DNA of 64,000 nt from positions 212,104-276,103 of the forward strand of contig CACYWP010000001.1 of assembly GCA_902778135.1 (NCBI GenBank). Direction: 5' to 3'. The notes beneath the pieces were generated by a model. That model was not told where the DNA came from, ran no database searches, and saw only the letters and a list, made by a program, of their open reading frames with translations. The stretch is from an uncultured Coriobacteriaceae bacterium (GTDB taxonomy: Bacteria; Actinomycetota; Coriobacteriia; Coriobacteriales; Atopobiaceae). Position numbers and translations under genes: made by a program. This document shows positions 38,809 through 50,844 of the stretch, piece by piece. Numbering within the stretch: position 1 is the stretch's first letter; each line of letters opens with the position of its first letter.

Positions 38809-41800
38809 ATGGAACAACGTCGTGTACCATCTTGCTTGCTCATCATCTCGTTTGTCGTCGCGCTGATGCACCTCACACTCCTCCCGCTGGTCGCCCATGC
38901 GGACGAGATTGACGACATGCTTGCAGTCGGCAGCTACGCCGAGGGCGAGGTCATCGCGGCGTTCTTTCCCCAAAGCGGCCAGCTCGCGGCACAGTCCGAG
39001 GCGCCTTACGAGGTCACGCCGCTCATGAGGGTAGGCGCGTCGACAACCCAGGCAGGCGACGGCATGCTGATGGCGCAATCCGAGGAAGGCCTGACGCTCT
39101 CGTCCGTCACCTCCGCCACCCTCACGACCGAGGAGCTCCTGCGCCTGCTGTCCGAAGACGCAAGCGTCGCGTTCGTCGAGCCCAACTACACCTACTCGCT
39201 CGAGGACGCAGATCCGAGCAACCCCGCATCTGACGGCAGCCTGTCACCACAAGTGGATGCCACCACCGTCGGCGACCTGAAACCGATACAGTGGGCCAAC
39301 TGGACGACCGACCAGACGCTGCGTACGGATGCGTTTACAGCCAACCCGTCCGTCAACGTACCCAACTTCGGGTCGTCCCAGCGCGGCGCGAACATGAGCA
39401 AACCAATCGTAGTGGCACTAATCGACTCGGCCGTCGACAACCAGCACCCCGACCTGGCCAACGTCTTGTACCACTTCTCCCCCGAGCAGCGGGACGCGCT
39501 TGGCTGCTACGATCTGGGCTACAAGGCGGGGAACAAGGGAGCCATGGGAAACTACTACGACCCGGAATCCGTGGAAATCGGGCACGGCACGCACACGGCA
39601 GGCATCATCGGGGCGGAGTGGAACGACTTTGGCACCAGCGGCGTCGCGTCAGACGTGCGCATCGTGTCGATTGACTTCGCAAGTGAGGGTAAGGTCGTGT
39701 CGACTGCGGACGCCATCTGCGCCTTCGGGTTTGTCGACCGATTCAACGAGCAGGCATCTGAGGACGATCGCATTCGGATCACCAGCAACTCGTGGGGCGC
39801 CATGCAGTCGACTCGCGCCGTTGATGCGGCCGTTCGCAAGCTGGGGGAAACGTGGAACGTCGTCAGCGTCTTCTCCTCAGGCAACGACGGCAGGAACAAC
39901 GACCACTACGAGCGGGCCAACTCGTATGTCGAGGACAACCCCTATGCCGTCATCGTCGCAAACTCGAATGGAGCCGAAACCCTGGACCCCAGCAGCGAGT
40001 ACGGTACCGCCAGCGTGGACCTGGCGGCACCCGGGACGCTCATCCTGTCGACCATGGCCAAGACGGACATGCACTCGCAGTACCTTGCCGATGTGACCCG
40101 CTCGTTCGACCCTCTCTACGTGGGATTCGACGGCGACCCCGAGCCCCCAGTGACCGTCTCCCAGCTCTACCAGGACGGCAACCCCAGCATCTCGCAGGAT
40201 AACAACGTCGTGGTGGACAGCGTGGGGGAAGTGGTGAACAACGTCCATGCCTACGGATCGGGTGGCCTCAGAATCGACGTCGACCCATCGTATGCCCTCG
40301 GCACGAGCACAAGTGATAAGACCGATCACTACGATCTGAAGTTCGACATCGATTTGACGGGCACGGACATCGCCGACAGGTTGGAGGGACTCGAGGGCCT
40401 TCACCTCGGGTTTATGTTTGCGGGCGGCACGGATTCGGCCAACGCAATGGTCTGGTCGCTCGCCACGAACCTCGCGAACATCGAGTTCCCCCTTGGCTTG
40501 TACCCGACGGGACGCACCGAATGGCTCTCCTTCGACAAGGTCATCACCGAGCTAGGGGCAAACGACAAAGCCATCGAGGGAGAGGAGGCCCCAACGGGAG
40601 CGGCCCTACGTCCCGAAGGCGACCACCTCGTGATCAAGATTCGCGTTGCGCTTCCCAAGGGCAGCACCACGTGCTATATTGACTCGCTGGGTCTGGGAAC
40701 GCAGGTCGCGCCGTACGGCTTCAAGTCGGGCACGTCCATGGCCACGCCACTCGTGGCGGGAGCCGGAGCCGTGCTCGCCTCGCAGGGACATGAGGGTACC
40801 GAGCTCGCGTCGCTGCTGCGCTCGAAGGTGCGCGTTCCCGATCCCGCGCTCGAGGTGAAGACCGGCGGCATCTTCGACTTTCTCGCTGACGGCTCGACCG
40901 AAACCACAGGTTCGCACGCTCTTGGCCCCGACATCACCGGCGTGAACGTCGACGGCACGACCGTGACCATAACGGGTGCCAACTTTGGTGCGGATCCGGT
41001 ATCCGTGAAACTCGCCCGCTACGTGGTAGGCGCCGAGGACCAGCCGGTTGCCGCAACGGTTGCGTCGTGGTCCGACAACGAGGTGGTGCTCTCGCTTGAT
41101 GCACCGTTCGAGGGGATCCTGCGCGCCGTGCTCACCAACGCCGCCAGCAAGTGGGACACGCAGTATGTCTTTGTGAGCAAGGGGGCGAGCGTCTACGAGC
41201 AGGACCTGCCCTTCGATGCCTCCGTCGGCAACGCCTTCGTCTACGGCGACGGCCTAGGTGACTGGGAGACCAAGGGGCCGCTCGTTGGCTTGGGCTGCAA
41301 GCTGTACTACCTGCCCGGCTATGCGGGATACGACGAGCTTGTGCCAGGCTACAACAGGATGCTCTGCTTCGACCTCAAGAAGCAGACGTGGTCGGAGCTT
41401 CCCGCGTTGCCCGAATGGCTGAGCGGCGTCTCTGCGGTCATGCACGAAGGCAAGATCGTTGTTGAGGGCGCCAGCATGTACGCGCTGGAGAACGGTGAGC
41501 ATGCGGCGTCGTTCCCCGCGGGCGAGTCCGCCGAGGAGCGCGTGTACGTGTACGACCCCACGGCCGGCTCGTGGACAAAGGCGTCCTCGAACGGGATGCA
41601 CCTGGACCAGACCATCGTCAATGACGGCGGCAAGCTCAAGCTGGCGGGAGGCTCCATGCCCGACCCAGAGCATCCCGAGCAGCCGGGAAGAACGGTGCCG
41701 GCGCCGGTGACGAGCTACGACCTCTCGTCGGGTGCGGGTGACGAGCTGTGCGCCCTGCCCCTCGCGCTGCCCAATCCCCAGGTGGCGGCGCATGACGGCA

Positions 41801-42519
41801 CGCTGCTCATCTACAGCGACGGTATGAGCCCCAAAGCCCTTGTTCCTGCGGTCATAGGCGTACGAGACGAACAGGCGACCGAGCTCGAGGGAGCGCTGCC
41901 GGCATTCGTGGCCGACTCGGAGACGATCACCAACATCTTGTTCAGCGAGAAGAGGAACATTCGCCTCCACGGCGTGCTAGCACCCACAAGCGACGGCTTC
42001 GTGCTCGTGGGTCCGCCTGCCGCAGACGGGTCGTCGGACACCTATGTGCTGCGCGACGGTTCGGACAAGTTCGAGCCGTACAGCAAGCGCTCGTCCGAGG
42101 ACTGCGTGTACTCTCAGGCGGCGTGCACCTATCGCGGACGGCTCTTCGCGATCGGGGCAACCCTGCTCGAGCCCGACAACCGGCTCTTCCGCGCAACCGC
42201 CATGGAGGTACCCGAGTACCCGGGTGACATACCTTGTGATGAGGAGCCGGAACCCGAACCCGATCCAAAGCCGGACCCGCAGCCAGAGCCTACGCCGGAC
42301 CCGCAGCCAGAGCCGACACCAACTCCGGATTCCAATAAAGGTGGCACGTCGCGACCGGCATCGGCCTCCACGTCAGTAGATGGCAGAACCACGGCCGCGG
42401 AAACCAGGACTCTTCCCCATACCGGGGACGAGACGGCTTCACCGCTCGCCGTGTTCCTTGCGGGTCTTGCTGCCATAGCAGCAGGAATCCTGAAAAGAAG
42501 GGATACTTCCATTTGGTGA
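38809..42519 (+). CDS. Cell-wall-anchored subtilisin-like (S8) serine protease with propeptide, IPT/Kelch-like region, Pro-rich stalk and LPXTG
   Basis: Signal peptide, then catalytic D (VALIDSAVDNQHPDL), H (GHGTHTAGIIG) and S (GTSMATPLVAGA). Also PEPEPDPKPDPQPEPTPDPQPEPTP, then LPHTG plus a hydrophobic span and KRR. Confidence 0.9.
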   Translation: MEQRRVPSCLLIISFVVALMHLTLLPLVAHADEIDDMLAVGSYAEGEVIAAFFPQSGQLAAQSEAPYEVTPLMRVGASTTQAGDGMLMAQSEEGLTLSSVTSATLTTEELLRLLSEDASVAFVEPNYTYSLEDADPSNPASDGSLSPQVDATTVGDLKPIQWANWTTDQTLRTDAFTANPSVNVPNFGSSQRGANMSKPIVVALIDSAVDNQHPDLANVLYHFSPEQRDALGCYDLGYKAGNKGAMGNYYDPESVEIGHGTHTAGIIGAEWNDFGTSGVASDVRIVSIDFASEGKVVSTADAICAFGFVDRFNEQASEDDRIRITSNSWGAMQSTRAVDAAVRKLGETWNVVSVFSSGNDGRNNDHYERANSYVEDNPYAVIVANSNGAETLDPSSEYGTASVDLAAPGTLILSTMAKTDMHSQYLADVTRSFDPLYVGFDGDPEPPVTVSQLYQDGNPSISQDNNVVVDSVGEVVNNVHAYGSGGLRIDVDPSYALGTSTSDKTDHYDLKFDIDLTGTDIADRLEGLEGLHLGFMFAGGTDSANAMVWSLATNLANIEFPLGLYPTGRTEWLSFDKVITELGANDKAIEGEEAPTGAALRPEGDHLVIKIRVALPKGSTTCYIDSLGLGTQVAPYGFKSGTSMATPLVAGAGAVLASQGHEGTELASLLRSKVRVPDPALEVKTGGIFDFLADGSTETTGSHALGPDITGVNVDGTTVTITGANFGADPVSVKLARYVVGAEDQPVAATVASWSDNEVVLSLDAPFEGILRAVLTNAASKWDTQYVFVSKGASVYEQDLPFDASVGNAFVYGDGLGDWETKGPLVGLGCKLYYLPGYAGYDELVPGYNRMLCFDLKKQTWSELPALPEWLSGVSAVMHEGKIVVEGASMYALENGEHAASFPAGESAEERVYVYDPTAGSWTKASSNGMHLDQTIVNDGGKLKLAGGSMPDPEHPEQPGRTVPAPVTSYDLSSGAGDELCALPLALPNPQVAAHDGTLLIYSDGMSPKALVPAVIGVRDEQATELEGALPAFVADSETITNILFSEKRNIRLHGVLAPTSDGFVLVGPPAADGSSDTYVLRDGSDKFEPYSKRSSEDCVYSQAACTYRGRLFAIGATLLEPDNRLFRATAMEVPEYPGDIPCDEEPEPEPDPKPDPQPEPTPDPQPEPTPTPDSNKGGTSRPASASTSVDGRTTAAETRTLPHTGDETASPLAVFLAGLAAIAAGILKRRDTSIW

Positions 42520-42629
42520 ACCATTCCGGGAAACAGGGGAGAAAGCCTAGTTACCTGCGAGTTTACCTGCGATTTTGGTAACGAATCCCTCCTTTCGCCT
42601 CCGAACCGTTTCTGAGGTAGAACAGGCAC

Positions 42630-42668
42630 AAGAAGGTCATCGCGAGTAACGGCGAGGACCTGGACTAA
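42630..42668 (+). pseudogene. Orphan 3' end fragment of a GH1 gene
   Basis: Reads KKVIASNGEDLD*, the canonical GH1 6-phospho-beta-glucosidase C-terminus (compare YKKVIESNGEDFD* at 38180-38219). A stop lies a few codons upstream and there is no gene body. Confidence 0.5.
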
Positions 42669-42955
42669 CATTTCGCAGGTAGATAGGGTGTTAGGCTGAG
42701 AACGAAAGGGACGTCGGTAAGGGCGTGCCAGAGAGACACTAAATAGGTGAGAGGCCAGCCACATATTGCCCTAAAGGGGCAGGACCGCTTGTATGAGGTC
42801 CTGCCCTTTCTTCTACCGCATATGACGATAATTCGAGTCGAATCCGTGAGGGCGCAACATGCCTGTACATGTTGCGGGTTGATCGCGAAGCGCGGACCCT
42901 AAGAGCCGCCTGTCTGGCGCATTATCGTCTCTCGGAGCGGATGGTGGCGTAGCCA

Positions 42956-43153
42956 CTACTTCTGGGGCTTCCACATGAACGCCGCAGACATGCCCAAGGC
43001 CAGCGGCAGCAGCAGGCCTTTCACAAAGTCGAACGTAAACGGTACATGGGCGATGAACGAGTCCCTTATGAAGAGGGCCAGGTTGGTTGCCACCACGCAC
43101 GTTGCGATACAGAAGAGCAGACGTAGGGCGAAGTTCTCGATGTAGAATTTCAT
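42956..43153 (-). CDS. Small hydrophobic protein (65 aa), last gene of the ABC operon
   Basis: AAAGGAG lies 6-7 nt upstream of the ATG. Two predicted TM helices. Begins 27 nt after the permease stop. Confidence 0.55.
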   Translation of the reverse strand: MKFYIENFALRLLFCIATCVVATNLALFIRDSFIAHVPFTFDFVKGLLLPLALGMSAAFMWKPQK

Positions 43154-43180
43154 GGATGCTCCTTTCTGACGAGCACATTT

Positions 43181-44836
43181 CTATTCGAACGACGCCGCGC
43201 TGCGTGTGGCCGAAGCAAGGAGCATGCGCCCCAGAACCACGGCGCAGGCGACGCCGATGACGGCGATTATGGGCATGAACACACGCGGATCGAGGCCCGT
43301 AAGCGGCGACGCCAGCAGCGGCAGTGCTGCGTAGACGAGCCCCACGAGCACGCCGCGTAGCGTGCCGGCGTTGCCCTTGAGCGTCTTGGGATCCACGTCG
43401 GCGTCCTTGCCCCATTCCACATGAGGGTTACGCGCGTCTGCCCAGGTCCCCACACAGCACATGAGCCATGCTGCGCCAAGCGCCAGGACGAGTCCGCAGA
43501 CGGCGACCTGCAAATCGATGCCGACGGCCGCCGCGAGCGCAATGCCTCCTGCTCCCGCGAACAGACAGACGATAACAACGTCCAAGGCGAACCCGACGAG
43601 CGTCTTGGCGAGGAGCTGCGTAGCCATGGGAACGGGAACGAACTTCATGTAGGTCCAGCTGTTACCCTCGCGTGACACGCAGGTGGCGCATGCCTTGTTG
43701 GAGAGGCAACAGATGGTGGTCACAAAGATTACTGATGCCAGTACGAATCCTGCAGCTATGGAGGTGACGTCGCCGTATTTCGCGAGGGTGCCCGCGAGGT
43801 CTGCGAGCGTTCCTCCAGACGATAGGCTGATGAAGAGGAGAACCGGCGTGATGACGAGCGGATAGATCACGTAATACAGGAGCACGGAGGAGTTGCGAAC
43901 GATCCTGCGCGCCTCGGTGCGCACGAGCGAGGCGAGTACACCGGATTGCCGCTGCGCGAGCGCGCCGTCTAGCGACTGAGCCTTGGCGCCACCCGTCGAG
44001 AGGGAGGTGACGATGCGCAGGTAGAGGAAGCGTGCCACGAGCACGAACGCAGCGAAAGACGCGACGGATATCAGCACGAACGCGATGACGCCCATGGGAT
44101 CTGGCTCTTGGAGCGCATGCACGGCGAATCCGTAAGCGGGAAACGCCATAACCGCTCCGCCCACAGTCCCAGACATGCCCCCAAGTGTGGCGGCTGCGCC
44201 GCTCCCTCCGCCTAGGCGGTTGGAGACGAAATAGATGACAACGGAGGCGCCTATCGAGACCACGGTCGTGATGGTGGTGATCGTGTCCTTTCGGCGCATG
44301 CGCTTGAACACCGTCGCGACGAGGATGGCGAGCGTACCGGAGTAGGCCGTGGGCGTGAGAGGCGCGAAGCAGACGGCCGCGAGCCAACCCATCCAGTAGT
44401 GCGCACCTGCACCAGCAGCGATGCCCCAACCTGCGAGTGGGGCCGCTACGAAGACGAGCGTCCAGAGGTACGAGGACGCGAGCGCCCCGAGTGCCTTGGA
44501 GATCACGATCGCGAGGGAAGACACGGGTAGTGGCAACAGGTCGCCTATGTCCGAGGAGCCAAAAAACGAGGAGAGGACCGTGGGTAGCGAAAAGATGAAA
44601 GTGAGCGATCCGCAGGCCAAGAACAGGAAGTCGAAGACGGTCTTCTGAAGTTCCGCTCTGCCCAGGACGCCGTATGCCGCCCAGCCTAGCCAACCGATGC
44701 CCCCGAGCACGATCATTGCGATGATTGCGGTGCCCGCCAAGGCGCCGTTCGCCCCGGTGCGCTTCTCGATCGTGGCGCGCAGGCCGCCTATGGACTGCAT
44801 GACTTGCAGTTTTGTGAGGAGAAGCACGTTACTCAT
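43181..44836 (-). CDS. Large polytopic ABC exporter permease-like protein (551 aa)
   Basis: At least 10 hydrophobic spans. The start overlaps the stop of the upstream ATPase gene by 8 nt. Confidence 0.75.
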   Translation of the reverse strand: MSNVLLLTKLQVMQSIGGLRATIEKRTGANGALAGTAIIAMIVLGGIGWLGWAAYGVLGRAELQKTVFDFLFLACGSLTFIFSLPTVLSSFFGSSDIGDLLPLPVSSLAIVISKALGALASSYLWTLVFVAAPLAGWGIAAGAGAHYWMGWLAAVCFAPLTPTAYSGTLAILVATVFKRMRRKDTITTITTVVSIGASVVIYFVSNRLGGGSGAAATLGGMSGTVGGAVMAFPAYGFAVHALQEPDPMGVIAFVLISVASFAAFVLVARFLYLRIVTSLSTGGAKAQSLDGALAQRQSGVLASLVRTEARRIVRNSSVLLYYVIYPLVITPVLLFISLSSGGTLADLAGTLAKYGDVTSIAAGFVLASVIFVTTICCLSNKACATCVSREGNSWTYMKFVPVPMATQLLAKTLVGFALDVVIVCLFAGAGGIALAAAVGIDLQVAVCGLVLALGAAWLMCCVGTWADARNPHVEWGKDADVDPKTLKGNAGTLRGVLVGLVYAALPLLASPLTGLDPRVFMPIIAVIGVACAVVLGRMLLASATRSAASFE

Positions 44837-45554
44837 GCGCCGTCATCTCCAGGAAGATCTGCTCGAGGCTTGTGTTCGGATGGGCTGCCTTGAGTTCATC
44901 CAGCGTGCCGTCGAAGAGCTTGTGTCCGTGCGCGATAATGCACACGGCGTCGCACAGTTGGTCGGCGGTCTCGAGTACGTGGGTGGAGAAGAGCACCGAG
45001 TTGCCAGCGGCAGCGTGCTCGCGCATCATTTCCTTCAGCTCGTAGGCACCCTTCGGATCGAGGCCGGTCATCGGCTCGTCCAGGATCCAGACGCTCGGCT
45101 CGTGTATGAGCGCGCCCATAACGTGAACCTTCTGGCGCATGCCATGGGAGTAGTCGCTAATGCGGCTACCCAGGGCATCATAGATTTCAAAGCGCTTCGC
45201 GTAGTCTTCGATGAAGGATGCTCGGCCCTCTGCGGGCGTGCCGTAGACATCCGCCATGAAGTTCAGGTACTCGATGCCCGTAAGGCGTAAAAAGCGGTCC
45301 GGGTCATCGGGCACGTAGCCAAACTGTCGTTTGGCCTCGATGTCGTCGGTAGCAATATCGTGTCCGTTGATGCGAATCGAACCCTCGTCTATGGAGTGCA
45401 CGCCACAGATCATCTTGAGCGTGGTGGACTTTCCCGCTCCGTTAGGGCCGAAGAAACCGGTGATCTTTCCATCTTCGACCGTCCAGGTGAGGTCGTCGAC
45501 GGCCCTCACGTCCTTGCCCGCGTACGTTTTGGACACGTGACTGAGCTCTATCAT
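44829..45554 (-). CDS. ABC transporter ATP-binding protein (ABC-2/DrrA-like single NBD)
   Basis: Walker [11 protein letters not shown], signature YSHGMRQK, Walker B VWILDEPMTGLD. The ATG at 45554 has AAGGAG 6 nt upstream; the TTG at 45581 in the track is less likely. Confidence 0.9.
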   Translation of the reverse strand: MIELSHVSKTYAGKDVRAVDDLTWTVEDGKITGFFGPNGAGKSTTLKMICGVHSIDEGSIRINGHDIATDDIEAKRQFGYVPDDPDRFLRLTGIEYLNFMADVYGTPAEGRASFIEDYAKRFEIYDALGSRISDYSHGMRQKVHVMGALIHEPSVWILDEPMTGLDPKGAYELKEMMREHAAAGNSVLFSTHVLETADQLCDAVCIIAHGHKLFDGTLDELKAAHPNTSLEQIFLEMTAHE

Positions 45555-45576
45555 GGGCCACTCCTTTGAGTCATCT

Positions 45577-45589
45577 TGCAATCATTGCA
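45577..45589. promoter_or_regulatory. Palindrome TGCAAT-C-ATTGCA in the divergent ABC / GG-peptide intergenic region
   Basis: A perfect 6+1+6 palindrome about 25 nt upstream of the ABC ATPase start. It is a candidate operator, based on pattern only. Confidence 0.35.
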
Positions 45590-45805
45590 TTGTAAGCGTA
45601 ACGAGCTGCGAGTTGAATAATGTGCCAGCCATTAATCTGTTCCCGCGCGGCCTGTCAAGCGGCGTAGCGAACGGATGCACCTGGAGGAGGAGATCGCCTT
45701 CAACGAAGCGCTCCAGCACGAGGCCGAGGGATGACCTTGAGACGAATCGTGTCTGTGCAGCGTATCATTTCATGAACAGGCAACGACGACAGAAAGGGCA
45801 CGACG

Positions 45806-47873
<2,068 letters not shown>

Positions 47874-47929
47874 TGTGAGCCTTGCCATGATGTTGTATCG
47901 GGCGCCGAGTCGCCAGGGGAGAGGGTCGG

Positions 47930-48364
47930 ATGATTCGAAGGATGCAGCTGCAGGACGCGGATGGCGTGTGGGAGATCATCTCGCGCTCGCTGGGATATCG
48001 GACCGATGTCGACACCGTGCGCACGCGCATCGGCGAGCTGGCGGACGACGCGCACTATGTCAGCCTGGTGTGGGTGGACGACGCGGATGGCATGGTGCGG
48101 GGCTTCATCCATGCCTGCCGTTACGAGACGCTGCACAGGACGGGCGGATGGGACGTCATCTCCCTGGCTGTGCTGCCCGAGGCGCAGGGTACGGGCATCG
48201 GGCGTGCCTTGCTCGAGGCCTTCGAAGGGGTAGCGCGCGAGCAGGGGGGAGCGTACGTGCGGCTGAACTCCCGCGTGGAGCGCGAGGCTGCGCACGGGTT
48301 CTACGAGCATCTGGGATACTCCTGCGACAAGCTGCAGAAGCGGTTCATCAAGCAGCTGGGATAG
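47930..48364 (+). CDS. GNAT-family N-acetyltransferase
   Basis: The acetyl-CoA motif A is AVLPEAQGTGIGRALLEAFE, followed by FYEHLGY. Confidence 0.85.
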   Translation: MIRRMQLQDADGVWEIISRSLGYRTDVDTVRTRIGELADDAHYVSLVWVDDADGMVRGFIHACRYETLHRTGGWDVISLAVLPEAQGTGIGRALLEAFEGVAREQGGAYVRLNSRVEREAAHGFYEHLGYSCDKLQKRFIKQLG

Positions 48365-48409
48365 GGGATTCCGCGCTGGCGCGGGGTGGTGGGCCCCGGG
48401 CCTTTGCTC

Positions 48410-48537
48410 GCGTGTACACTTCGCGTGCACACAAGCTTCCTCGCGTTTCTCTCCTGCGTGTACACTAAGGGGCCCCTCAGTGTACACGTGAACGCATTTC
48501 CCCAGATGGCAAGTGCGCACGTGAAGTGTACACGTGG
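48410..48537. repeat. Array of GTGTACAC palindromes upstream of tRNA-Pro
   Basis: GTGTACAC at 48412, 48458, 48480 and 48527. The variants are GTGCACAC at 48425 and GTGCGCAC at 48513. Confidence 0.7.
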
Positions 48538-48635
48538 GGATGACGAGGCGGAATCGCTACAAGTCACAAGGCGTGGGCGGCTCCTCGTCGGCTCCTCGAC
48601 CAATCGTGGAGCACAAAAATGTTGCCTTTCGAGTC

Positions 48636-48663
48636 TTGTCAGACGGCGGAGTTGTGGTAAAGT
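48636..48663 (+). promoter_or_regulatory. Candidate promoter of tRNA-Pro
   Basis: TTGTCA, a 16-nt spacer, then TAAAGT, about 30 nt upstream of the tRNA. Pattern only. Confidence 0.3.
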
Positions 48664-48693
48664 ACTTTCTTGCGTGAGCGAGAGCTTGCATAA

Positions 48694-48768
<75 letters not shown>

Positions 48769-48770
<2 letters not shown>

Positions 48771-48843
48771 GAATTCTCCGAGGTCACACATGGTGTGGCC
48801 TTTTTTGTTAGTTGAATTCTTTTGGGCCGATACCAGCAATCAC
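48769..48843 (+). repeat. 75-bp direct repeat, copy 1 (starts in the CCA end of tRNA-Pro, includes its terminator)
   Basis: Matches 51475-51549 at 73 of 75 positions. It contains the hairpin GGTCACAC-atg-GTGTGGCC followed by TTTTTT (48782-48806). Confidence 0.9.
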
Positions 48844-49074
48844 CAGCAAGTGTTTTTTAATGATTTAAAGATTGATATTCGCTTGCAGAGCTATGCAATG
48901 TAAGCCAGATGGCAACTCTCGCCCAGGAATGAAAGCGGCCTAGCTATCAATCACCATGGCTAATTCCGTGCGCAAAAAGTTTCATGCGTGTACAGACTTA
49001 CGTTCATGTGTACGAACAGGGGCCAAGCGTGTACGAACGGCCTGTGAGTGTAAGTACTCGGGTTCCGAAAGTTA

Positions 49075-49140
49075 CATTAGTTTCCATTAGTTTCCATTAG
49101 TCGTAAGTAGTCGTATCTAGCTACTTACGTAGTCGTAAAC
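49075..49140 (+). repeat. Phased ~10-bp direct repeats (CATTAGTTTC x2, then TAGTCGTA x3)
   Basis: Read directly: cattagtttc cattagtttc cattagtcgt aagtagtcgt atctagctac ttacgtagtc gtaaac. Confidence 0.8.
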
Positions 49141-49213
49141 CCATGGGCAATTAGTCCAAAGAAAGTAAGATAGCCCCTTAAACGGGCTTACAACAAGCCG
49201 TTTACCTGCGGTT

Positions 49214-50199
49214 TTATGGTCCTCGGTCAAGTGCGGGAAAATGAAGTGGGCATAAGAAAGACCCGCCACCCACGTCGGGGGTGGGCATCCATCCTTCTGA
49301 CTCACCAGACACGCGCCCGTGCTGCAGCTCGGAGAACAAGGTTTGCTCCGCAACCAGTCGATCGTAGTCCGCCATGATCTCCGCAATTGTCTGGCAAGTC
49401 TCACCAAGCGAGAGGGCTCCAACATACGAGAACCTTCTTGCGTATGTCTCCCACTGCCTGAGCATCGACTTGTCGGACTCGATTGCGGCGATAGTCTCTC
49501 GCCAAGTTGCAATGAGCGACACGCTGCGCCTTTTCTCTGCAGTGGCTTTGAGCGCATCTGCAAGCTCTTCGAGCGTGAAGTCGTCTCGCCTGAGCCTCCA
49601 AAGCATGTGAATGTCGTAGAAGTCGCGGGGGCGGGTGTTGGTCACGCCCCTGGAGAGCACCGTCTCAAGTTTCTCGGCGAGCACAGTTGCGGTGTGATAC
49701 GAGAGGACATCTACGACATCGTCATCGAACGTGAGCTTGAAGGTATGAGTCACGGCGGAGGGGACGATCCTGTCGCAGTGGTCACGTCAACCGAGACGGG
49801 CATAGAGAGCGGAGGGAAGTCTGCCCTGAGGTGCACGCGAATACCTGGGTAGTCGTCTGTCTCGCGTATGTCCTCGGTCCTGACCAAGGTGAAGGAGAAG
49901 TCATCATCGGACTCTAGGGCGCAGACCTCGTCGAACATCGCCCTCGCGCTCTCGTGGGAGAGCTCGAGCCCCCTGACGGTCGTGTCCAGGTCCATGGTAG
50001 TGCGCTTATTGATCCCAATGAGAGAGCCTATGAGAACGCCGCCCTTGACGATGACAGAATCGCAATACCGTGACCTGGAGAGCCTTACGACGAGGCAATC
50101 AAGCACATATGCTTGCATGGCGTGCGCGGGCGAGATGCCGACCGCTTTAGCTCGGTTGTTGACTTTCGCTTTGAGCTGCATGGCGTTGTTTGTCCTCAA
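49214..50199 (-). pseudogene. AbiEii/AbiGii-family nucleotidyltransferase toxin, frameshifted
   Basis: N-part ...IVKGGVLIG...DLD...PVSVDVTT and C-part DRIVPSAVTHTFKLTFDD...AEKLETVLSRGVTNTRPRDFYD lie in different frames. The shift is near 49775 (2 nt between adjacent conserved codons). Confidence 0.7.
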
Positions 50200-50804
50200 A
50201 GCATCGCCTCCACATAGGGCCTGACCTTTGCCTCAACCTTCATGAGACGAGCGTACTCCATGAGGCGGACAGTATTCCTTCCCTCGCTTGACAGGTAAGC
50301 GCGGATCGAGGGGATGGCCAGCTGCAGGTCTGGGGAGGAGGTTGACCTGAAGAGGTCACAGATGGCACGCTCTGGGCAGTAGGCGGCAACCGCGTTCCCA
50401 TAAGGCGTCTTGACCTCCACCGAGCCGGCCAGGTAGAGGCCCGCGGAGACCGTACGTGCGTCTATTCCCGCGTCCCTCGCGTTTCTGGTGTTGTATCCCC
50501 GGGGAAACGTCATGGCCATCGCATCGGGGGCTCGGTCTGTGAGCCCGTGCAGGTAGAGAGCCGTCTCGTGCGAGAAGACGCCCCGCGCGAAGCGGTGCTG
50601 TGCCAAGGCGAACTCGTCCTCCCAGGCGTCAGGAAGCGAGTAGACGCCCCGCGCGATACGGGCGAGCTCTCCTCTCTCGACGGCCTCGGAGAGCTCGCGC
50701 CTGGCAATCCCTGCGGCAGTGGCCTCGCTCGACGACACCATGCCGTTGTTCATTTGGGCCAACGTCACCAGCTCTTTCCGCATCATTCTCCGTTCGACGA
50801 ACAA
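50196..50804 (-). CDS. AbiEi-family type IV antitoxin / transcriptional regulator
   Basis: N-terminal wHTH (G.V.S..A.AAGI.R..LS..V..GEL.RIARGVY) and the C-terminal AbiEi_4-like region. Its stop overlaps the toxin start. Confidence 0.8.
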   Translation of the reverse strand: MFVERRMMRKELVTLAQMNNGMVSSSEATAAGIARRELSEAVERGELARIARGVYSLPDAWEDEFALAQHRFARGVFSHETALYLHGLTDRAPDAMAMTFPRGYNTRNARDAGIDARTVSAGLYLAGSVEVKTPYGNAVAAYCPERAICDLFRSTSSPDLQLAIPSIRAYLSSEGRNTVRLMEYARLMKVEAKVRPYVEAML

Positions 50805-50844
50805 TTATGCTACCGATATCATTATACGTAGCATAAATGTACGG

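Noticed and set aside
38809-42519. Dedicated NisP-like leader peptidase for the nearby peptide
   Set aside because: GG leaders are normally removed by C39 peptidase domains, not S8 enzymes. The protease has large Kelch/IPT-like domains and lies 3.3 kb away across an oppositely oriented operon. It is mentioned only as a weak neighbourhood hypothesis.
42549-42575. Direct repeat TTACCTGCGA x2, resembling GTTTACCTGCGGTTTT at about 49199
   Set aside because: The shared segment is only about 19-22 nt, with mismatches and no extended flanking similarity. It is noted as a possible relic of a common element end but is too weak to call.
42813-43415. 200-aa minus-strand ORF overlapping the small membrane protein gene and the permease 3' end
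   Set aside because: It is out of frame with two better-supported genes, has an R/A-rich translation, and has no RBS.
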